From Mytilus californianus (taxonomy: Eukaryota): DNA of 64,000 nucleotides. This document shows, piece after piece, positions 54,701 to 64,000 of the stretch. The notes beneath the pieces are model-generated. The model made no database searches and was not told where the DNA came from. It was given only the letters and a program-made list of their open reading frames with translations. Position numbers and translations under genes: made by a program. The DNA lies in assembly GCF_021869535.1 (NCBI RefSeq), contig NW_026262734.1:55738001-55802000 (forward strand), given 5' to 3'. Position 1 is the first letter of the stretch; the number at the start of each line of letters is the position of its first letter.

Positions 54701-56050
54701 TACCACTAATTATTACTCTTCCTCAGTAGTGAAGTGCCACTCATTATTTCATATCTTCAGGCGTGAAGTACTACTCATTACATATCTTCAAGTGTGAAGT
54801 ACCGCTCAATATTACATATCTTCAGTGGTGAATTAAGTACCACTCATTATAACATATCCTCAGTTGTGAAGTACCACTCATTATTACATATCTTCAGACG
54901 TAAAGAATGTCAATATAACATATCTTTAGATGTGAAGTACTGCGTATTATTACATATCTTCAGACGTGAATTACCGCTCATTATTACATATCCCCAGTTG
55001 TGATGTACCACTCATTATTACATATCTTCAGTCGTGAAGTTTCTCTCGTTATTATATGTCTTCAGGCGTGAAGTTTCACTTATTTGTACATATTCTCAGG
55101 TGTGATGTACCACTCATTATAACGAATCCTCAGGCTTGAAGTACCACTCATTATTACATATCCTTAATTGTGAAGTATCTCGCATTATTACATATCTTCA
55201 GGCGTGACGTTTCACTCATTTTTACATATCATCAGGTGTGATGTATCACTCATTATTACAAATCTTCAGACGTGAAGTACCACTCATTATTACAAATCCT
55301 CAGGCGTGAAGTACAACTAATTATTACATATCTTCAAGTGTGAAGTACCACTCATTATAACATCTCTTCAGACACGAAGTACCACTCATAGTTACACATT
55401 TTCAGACGTGAAGTACCGCTCATTATTTCATATCTTTAGACGTGAAGTACCACTTATTATTACATATCTCCATGCGTGAAGTAACACTCATTTTTGCATA
55501 TCCTCAGGCGTGAAGTACCACTCATTATTACATACACTCAGACGTGAAGTACTGCTCATTATCTAATATCTTCAGTCGGAAGTATCACTAATTTTTACAT
55601 ATCTTCAGGTGTGAAGTATCACTCATTATTACATATACGCAGCGTGAAGTACCACTCATTATTACTTATCCTCACTCGTGAAGTACCGCTCATTATTAAA
55701 TTTCTTTAGACGTTATTTATTACATATCTTCAGGCGAAAGTATCACTCATTTTTGCATATCTTCAGGTGTGATGTACCATTCATTATTACGAATCCTCAG
55801 GCGTAACGCATCACTCACTATTTCATATCTTCAGGTGTGAAATACCATTCATCATTACATATTTTCAGGCGTGAAGTACCACTAATTACTGTATATCCTA
55901 AGGCGTGAAGCACCACTCAATATTGCATATCTTTAGGCGTGAAGTACCACGCATTATTAGACGACATCCTCAGTATTACATCTCTTCAGATGTGATGTAC
56001 CACTGATATTAACGCAACCTCAGACGAGAAGTGCCATTCATTATTTCATA
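51783..56050. repeat. Older, imperfect duplication, offset 2431 rising to 2465 bp
   Basis: ORF-track duplicates 52363 and 54794; extra monomer near 55310 and a deletion near 55972 in the second copy. Confidence 0.75.
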
Positions 56051-58971
56051 TCTTCAGGCGTGAAGTACCACTCATAATTACATATCTTCAGGTGTGATGT
56101 ACCACTCATCATTATATATCCTCTGGCGTTAGGTTCCACTCATTATTACAAATCCTCAGGCGTGAAGTACCACTCATAATTACATATCTTCAGGTATGAT
56201 GTACCATACATCAAGATATATTCTCTGGCATGAAGCACAACTCATTTTTACATATCCTCATGTGTGATATACCACTCATTATTACGAATCCCCAGGCGTG
56301 AAGTACCACTCATTATTACATATCATCAGTTGTGAAGTATCTCTCATTATTACATATCTTCAGGCGTGAAGTTTCACTCATCATTATATATTCTCTGGCG
56401 TGAAGTACCACTCATTATTACAAATCCTCAGGCGTGATGTACCACACATAATTACATATCTTCAGGTGTGATATACCACTCATTATTTTATATCCTCTGG
56501 CGTGAAGTACCACTCATTATTACAAATTATCAGGTGTGAAGTACAATTAATTATTACATATCTTCAAGCGTGAAGTACCACTCATTATTACATATTCTTA
56601 GTCGTGATGTACCACTCATTATTTGAATTTCTTCAAGCGTAAAATGCCTATTATTATTACATATACCTAGGCGTGAAGCACTCTATTCATTATTACATTT
56701 CTTTAGGCGTAAAGTACAACATATTATTACATATCTCCAGGCATGAAGTACCACTCATTATTTTATATCCTCAGCCGTGAAGTACTACTAGTTATTACAT
56801 ATCCGCAGCGGTGACGTATTACTCATTATTACATATCTCCAGGCATGAAGTACAACTCATTATTGCATATCCTCAGGCGTGAAGTACCTCTCATTATTAC
56901 ATATCTTCAGACGTGAAGAACCACTCATTATTACATATCCTCAGACGTGAAGTAACACTCTTTATTGCATATCATTAGAGGTGAAATACCACTCATTATT
57001 ACATATCTTCAAGTGTGAAGTACCACTTATTATAACATTTCTTTAGGCATAAAGTACCACTCATTGTTACACATTTTCAGGCGTGAAGTACCCCTCATTA
57101 TTACATATCTTCAGGCGTGAAGCACAACTCATTTTTACATATTCTCAGTCATAATGAACCACTCATTATTTGAATTTCTTCATGCATGGAATGCCATTGA
57201 TTAATACATATACCTAGGGGTGAAGCGCTCTACTCATTATTACATTTCTTTAGGCGTAAAGTACCACTAATTATTACATATCTTCAGCTGTGAAGTACCA
57301 CTCATTATTACATATACTCAGACCTGAAGTAACACTCTTTATTGCATATCATTAGGCGTGAAATACCACTCATTATTACATATCTTCGTGAAGTACCACT
57401 CATTATAACATCTCTTCAGACATAAAATACCACTCATTGTTATACATTTTCAGGCGTAAAGTACCTCTCATTATTACATATCTTCAGGCGTGAAGTACCA
57501 CTTATTATTACATATTCTCAGTCGTGATGTACAACTCATTATTTAAATTCTTCAGGCGTGAAATGCCATTCATTATTAAATGTACCTAGGCGTGAAGCTC
57601 TCTACTCATTATAACATTTCTTCAGGCGTAAAGTACAACTCATTATTACATATCCTCAGACGTGAAGTACCGCTCATTATTACATATCTTCAGACGGAAG
57701 TACCACTCATTACATATCTTCAAGTGTGAAGTACCTCTCATTTTTACATATCTTCAGACGTGAAGTACCACTCATTATTACATATCCTCAGTTGTGAAAT
57801 ACCACTCATTATAACATATCTTCAGACGTGAATATTGTCAATATAACATATCTTTAGATGTGAAGTTCCGCTCATTATTACATATCTTCAGAGGGTGAAT
57901 TATAACTAATTATTACATATCCTCAGTTGTGAAGTACCACGCATTGTTACACATCTTCAGTCGGGAAGTTTCACTGATTATTACATGTCTACCCGTGTGA
58001 AGTACCACTCATTATTACATATCTGTCCGTGTGAAGTACCACTTCTTATATCATTCCTGTAGGTGTGAAGTACCAGTCATTAGTATTTATCTTCAGGTGT
58101 GAAGAACCACTTATTATTACATATCTTGAAGCGTGAAGTACCAATCATTGGTACATTCCTGCACGCGTGAAGTACCAATAATTATAACACTCATTCAGGT
58201 GTGAAATACCACTCATTATTTTAGGATATCATTCATGCAGATGCGAAGAACCACTCATTTCCAGATTCCTTCACTCATTTTTATATATCTTTGGGTGTGA
58301 AGTACCACTACTGATTTTATAACAGCATGTGTGAAGTACCGCTTATTAATAAAAGTCGTCAGGCGTGAAGTTCCTCTCATTATTACATATCTTCAGGTGT
58401 GAAGTACCACTCATTATATAACCTTAATTGTGAAGTATCACTACTTATTTCATTTCTGCAGATCTGAAATAATACTTATTATCATATATATCTTTAGTTG
58501 TGAAGTACCACTCATTCATTACACATCGTCAGGTGTGAAGTACCACTCTTTCATTACACATCGTCAAGTGTGAAGTACCACTACTTATTTCATAACTTCA
58601 AGTGTGAATTACCACTCATTATAACATATCTTCAGGTGTGAAGTACACCTACTTATTTCATTCCTGCTAGTGTTAATCACCTCTTAATATAACATTTCTT
58701 CAGGTGTAAAGTACCACTTATTATTACATATCTTCAGGTGTGAATTACCACTACTTATTTCAATCCTTCAGGTGTGAAATACCACTTATTATTATACATC
58801 TTCAGGTGTGAAGTACCACTCATTACCACTCATTATTACATATCTTCAGATGTGAAGTACCACTGCTTATATCATTCCTGTAGGTGTGAAGTACCACTCA
58901 TTATTATTTATCTTCAGGTGTGTAGAACCACTTATTGTTAATTATTACATATCCTCAGGCGTGATGTACCA

Positions 58972-59899
58972 TTGGAAATCCCGGGCTGGGCAATACTCCC
59001 AGTAACGGGTAATACTGGGCAATACTGGACAATATGATCTTTTAAGCTTATTTCAACACAAAATAGTAAAGATTTGTTGTATTTTTATAGTATTATAGCT
59101 AAATATATACATTTTATACTGATAACCATTGAGAGTCATTTCTAGAAGATTGAAAATTCAATTTCATTCTTTTCTCCACTAATTCAATGTAGTCAGAAGA
59201 CACGATTTGCACATTCTAGGATACCTTGTTGATTTCCAAGCATTGTTTCAATAATCTTAACTTTGAAACAAAATAATGCATTTTATTTTATTTAATTGAA
59301 TCGTAAATCTAAATTACTATGCAATCATATTGCTAAATAAACACCCTACAGGGTCATGTCATTAAAATTATAGAAATGAAAAGGCTGATTATTGTTATAT
59401 AAACATATCTGTGTTCTAATCTGAATACTTAATTATTAATTAGTGATGTACATATGAATTATTTAAAAGTAATTTTTCTTACATGTAATTGTTAATTCCT
59501 AATATTAAAAACAGTTTGACCAATCTAGACAGAAGGGTGATTTAATAGATTTTTAGGAGAATTATTGAGAAAGTCTTTTTCCATTATTTTTTGTCTAATG
59601 TGTCTTCATGTACACTTGTCTCAGGGTTGCTTAGAATAATACTTTCTCAAATGTATACACTTGTATTAAAAGACTCTTAAACAAGTAAACTTATTCATAA
59701 ATCAAAATATGTTTACAAATATCTTAAATGCATTGCATTTGTGTTTGATCACTGAATCCTCTTTAAAATTCATGTCAGTATTTTATATTACCCAGTACTG
59801 TCCAGTATTACCCGGTAAAACCCAGTAAAACCCAGGTTTTCCTAGTATTTCCCACTTGGCTGGGCAATACTCATAAAACCCGGGTTTTTGCCAACCCTG
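58972..59899. mobile_element. hAT-like MITE with truncated left TIR at the array edge
   Basis: Right end ...CCCGGGTTTTTGCCAACCCTG; left end TTGGAAATCCCGGG lacks the terminal CAGGG; gggcaatact/agtattaccc sub-terminal repeats at both ends. Confidence 0.65.
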
Positions 59900-62055
59900 A
59901 GTGTCACTCATTGCAGCATTCATGCAGATGCGAAAAACCACTCATTTTTATATTCCTTCAGTCATTCGTGAGGAAGGAGGTGGCACGTCGAACTATTTTT
60001 TGTTGTAGGGGTGAGCAGCTGTCAGATTTAGTACCCCTCCCTTGTATACACAAGTATAATGAATAACACAAATACATATACTACAAACAAATTCATCTAA
60101 AACTATCATGCTTACGCTATTTCATGGAGAGATCAATAGATTTGACAATTATCTGTTTCATTTACGACCTTAGTTTTAATTGCATATGCGAGAGAAATCG
60201 ATATCTGAGTAGTTTCAGATGTTTATTATTCAACCAGCAACCGTGTCATATAAAGATTCCGGACACTATGAATATTTGAACCACACACGTATGGTCATGA
60301 CTATAATCTATATGCATATACTGAAGTGTTACCCTTGTCCGTTCGTCCCGTCCGTCCCGAACGTCCCGAAATTTGTTTCCGTTTTCTAACTTTAGTTTGC
60401 CTCAACCAAATGTTATAAAACTTATAAACAATGCTTATAAGTGTATAGTTCCACTCATTAATAGTATTACATTACTGTAGTTACTGAATTACCACTTATT
60501 ATTATATTTCTGACATTGTGAGGTACCACTCATTCAAGCATTCCTGCCAATGAACTACACTTCCACAAGAAATCTGTCTCTAAATAACAATAATCTTCAG
60601 AAATTTTATTTACATCTTTGAGATGTAAGTTGCCAAAAAGAAAAGAAAAGTATAGAGTTTTGCTTTGGAAAAATTGTCTGAGTGTCTTTCCCTTAAAAAA
60701 TCAAGGACGTTTGGATAGAAAATAATAGGGGAAAGTTGAGAACGTCCAAAACGAACTTCCTTTCATAAAACTATTTATATTTTCAAACCTTATTCTCGAA
60801 TAATGGGATAGCAGGAATCTGAAATTACAAATTATGAAAGCGATGAGACGCAAGTTCTTAAGACAAAAATAGATAAAGAAGACCCCGCAGCTGCTAAAAC
60901 GTAAAGTAACAAAAATACCGAATAAGGAAAATTCAAGACGGAAAGTCCCTCATCAAATGGCAAAATTATCAGCTCAAACACATCAAACAAACGGAAAACA
61001 ACTGTCATATTCCTGACTTGGTACAGGCATTTTCCTTATGTAGAAAATAGTGGATTAAGCCTGGTTTTATAGCTAGCTAAATCTCTCACTTGTGTGACAA
61101 ACATATAGTATTCCATTTTTTTAGAATCCATACTTAGAAGAAATTATGAACAGGTGGAAACAGAAAATGTGAAATAAGCTGTCAGTGGATACGCTGCAAC
61201 ATGGACATCTACTTTTATTAGTAACCCCTTGCGTTCACCAAATAATTCAGGAATTGTTTATTACGACCTCCAAGTAGTTTTTACATAGGAAGTGAAGAAA
61301 GAATACTAGTAATGCATAAATGACATGACAATGTGATTATGATTTCATTTTCATTTTTCTTGAGAAAGTGACCAACGAAGATATCTTGGGGCTCGTAAGC
61401 GAACTAGACAAATAGGGAAAACAGTATTGCTTTGTGTGGTCTCAACTTGATGAAGATATAAGAAATACAGAACGGGAAAAGATTGAGAAGCAATTTATAA
61501 TAAGCAATCAAAAATTAAATACCAATTGTTCAGTGAACAATTGAAGGTCTTTCCACATCGATTTTTGAAATAATTGATAAAAAACTACTTTTGATTTACA
61601 CAAAGCTACTTTTGGCGTCCAATCATAGGTTACTTCATACTGATTCAATAAATATATGCTTTTTATACTTTTGCTTGAAAAGACGGAGATAGTTTTCATC
61701 TTCCGGTTTAGAAAATGTCACTTCCGGTCTCTTATGGTAGCTGCCTATACACTAGCTGCTTCCCAAAATATATGGTTTGTGTTAGTCCAAATAATTATGA
61801 CGTCTTGAAAGGCTATTATATTTTTTTGCTTTGACGCCTTACAACGACGTCATAATGCTGAAGCCCAATTTAGTCATAAAATTTTCATTGAAGGCTAGAA
61901 ATTTTTGCATATGTACAAATTCTTACCTTTTATGTGTTTGTTTGTGCAAAATATTTCCAATAATTCCCTAAAGTAATGATAAAATAAGTTACAATTCCAT
62001 CCGAGGCGGACGATTATCTACTGCTTTTTTTAAAACGTTTATCTGATTTCTTTTA

Positions 62056-62493
62056 GGTGGCACGGTAGTATTTCCTGGCCCATAAGGGATAATGATAGCC
62101 TTTTTAGAATTTTCACCACTTTCTAACACTGCCAAAATTTCTACATTCACAGTTAACTGAAGTACTTTCATTTTACTATTCAGAAATGAATTTGAATATG
62201 TATCATGACCGTTTACTTTTTTTGCTATCTTTAAGAACATAAGGCCACTAGTGCTTTTAGGTCTTTTATCGTGCAGTGAATACAAAATTTAAAAAAAATT
62301 TAAAAAAATTCATTTTCATCTGTATGTAAAATTATTTCATATTTTTCTACACCTGATTCATCCCTCAGTTTGGGAAAGTATGTTCAGTTGATTCTGTATT
62401 TTTTGTCCAATCATAATGTTCAGATACATTGACTTAAGTAGGGTACACAAAAGAGCAACCTAAATTCTGGAATGCGAATACTACCGTGCTACC
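62056..62493. mobile_element. 438-bp Kolobok-like MITE
   Basis: TTTA|GGTGGCACGGTAGTATT ... AATACTACCGTGCTACC|TAAA; the superfamily call rests on the TTAA-like target and GG termini. Confidence 0.65.
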
Positions 62494-63725
62494 TAAACCA
62501 AGACATTTCAAACTTAAAAATCAGTCATGACACCTATGATACATAGCCTTCTTACTATGGAACATATTACAATAAAGAATACTAGTCTGCACTTATTTCT
62601 TATAAAAAAAAATGAAAGATTACACCCCTACCCCAGCTGGCAGATTTTCACTTTTTAATCATCTTACCATTTTTACTTAAGGAGTGAACAAAATCCAAAT
62701 ATATGATGTTTCAAATCAACATAGAAGTCAAACATGGTGATTCAGGAGGAATTATTAGATTGCCAACTCTATTTATAGTTAATCTGACTGAAAGAAACAG
62801 TTTAAGCACCAAATCATGAAAAATGATATTAAAGTCCATTCCACATTTTACAGCATGCCTTACATTACTTGAAGCATTTCCAGATTATGAAGGCAACACA
62901 AAAAGATTCTTTAGATGGCAGTTAACTATTATTCTAAAATCTTTTTGACAATACATGTACTAGAATATATCTCTAAGTTGACTGTTAGTCTATTTTTCAT
63001 GTATGCATTAAGTTAAATTATGTCCCCTTACATAATCATTTTACCTTTATTGTGCTTTTCATTGTCAGAAAATCAAAACAATTGATGACATTTGCTTTGA
63101 AAATGAATAAACTATTTAATCTTGCTGATAAACAATCATAATTACATTCTTTGTAAAAAAAATGTCTTGTCAGTGTAAAGAAACCCCTATTGCTATCTCT
63201 ATTTCAGCCAAATATGAGGGCTAAATGAATAAATAAGGACCCCTTAACCACTTGCTGGTTCCAAAAATGCTCATACTGGTGTCATGTTACCACAGAACTA
63301 CAAATTAAACCTAAAGAAAACTAGTAAAGCTGTACTTGTGTGGAAAAAAATAAGAAATTATGCAATTTATCTATTTCGGTGAAAATAATAGGATGTACAG
63401 GCAAATAAAATATGTCGCGTCTCAAACTCCAGTGGTTGCACATGTGTCAGACACCGCGAAAAGTTAAAGCGAGCATTTATGATTAAAAATGTATTGCAAG
63501 TTACATAAAAATAATGAAGTTCTACTTTCTAGGTAAATTTTTACTTTATTACCCACAGATCAGGCAAAATTTGCTGAATCAGCAATTTTCACTCCCAGGG
63601 GTGGAATTTAAGGGCTGTTTTTATCATAGTTGCCCTTAATCAACTTTTTATTGATGAACTTACAAATTGCATAGGTAAATAAAAATCCTTCATTGATTTA
63701 GTGTAAACATGTATATCCCCCTTAA

Positions 63726-64000
63726 GGTGGCACGGTAGTATTTCCTTGCCCATAAGGGATAATGATAGCCTTTTTAGAATTTTCACCACTTTCTAACACT
63801 GCCAAAATTTCTACATTTACAGTTAACTGAAGTACTTTCATTTTACTATTCAGAAATGAATTTGAATATGTATCATGACCGTTTACTCTTTTTGCTATCT
63901 TTAAGAACCTAAGGCCACTAGTGCTTTTAGGTCATTTATCGTGCAGTGAATACAAAATTTAAAAAAATTCTCAAAAATTCATTTTCATCTGTATGTTAAA
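63726..64000. mobile_element. Second copy of the Kolobok-like MITE, running off the window
   Basis: TTAA|GGTGGCACGGTAGTATT, near-identical to 62056 onward. Confidence 0.7.

Larger units (their letters stand above)
32613..58970. repeat. 34-bp satellite array, roughly 680 monomers, consensus TGAAGTACCACTCATTATTACATATCTTCAGGCG
   Basis: Head-to-tail monomers in one orientation. Copy number estimated from length minus ~3.1 kb of insertions. Relic monomers at 59900-59970 and 60440-60550. Confidence 0.97.

Noticed and set aside
38355-55003. ORFs in the satellite (38355, 40887, 50272, 51334, 52363, 54794) as a repetitive protein
   Set aside because: The 34-bp period cycles through all three frames and gives a TGA every third monomer. 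The ORFs arise where a TGA has mutated, start at non-ATG codons, and have no splice support.
32613-58970. CRISPR array (34-bp repeat with a hairpin)
   Set aside because: Monomers are contiguous with no unique spacers, no cas genes are present, and the context is a spliced eukaryotic gene.
60810-61410. Plus-strand exon-like pieces (ESEITNYESDETQ..., SILRRNYEQVETENVK*, KVTNEDILGL)
   Set aside because: The phases are incompatible, one donor lies at the start of a common interspersed repeat, and no homology was recognised.
61989-62285. 98-aa minus-strand ORF
   Set aside because: It lies mostly inside the Kolobok-like MITE and has no recognisable domain.

Overview
AT-rich, repeat-dense eukaryotic DNA. 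The repeat families suggest a bivalve mollusc, probably Mytilus (inference). The left half holds one complete spliced gene on the + strand: HAUS5 (augmin subunit 5), with 17 coding exons from 9366 to 31160 that join in frame to 1989 nt (662 aa + stop). Its third coding intron (11533-12097) is a U12-type minor-spliceosome intron. The introns carry Helentron/HINE-like elements, tRNA-derived SINEs, pogo/Tc1-type MITEs and Penelope-like 3' ends. The right half is dominated by a ~26 kb tandem array of a 34-bp monomer (32613-58970) with higher-order structure and near-exact 2.5 and 3.1 kb tandem duplications. The array contains three transposon insertions: a MULE derivative with a 9-bp TSD and a PHD-finger remnant, and two copies of a long-hairpin element. 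A hAT-like MITE sits at its decayed right edge. Almost all entries in the supplied ORF track are spurious or are exon read-throughs. I found no CRISPR array and no convincing wholly new system. The best leads are the minor intron, the satellite architecture, the hairpin/asymmetric-IR elements and a possible divergent gene.
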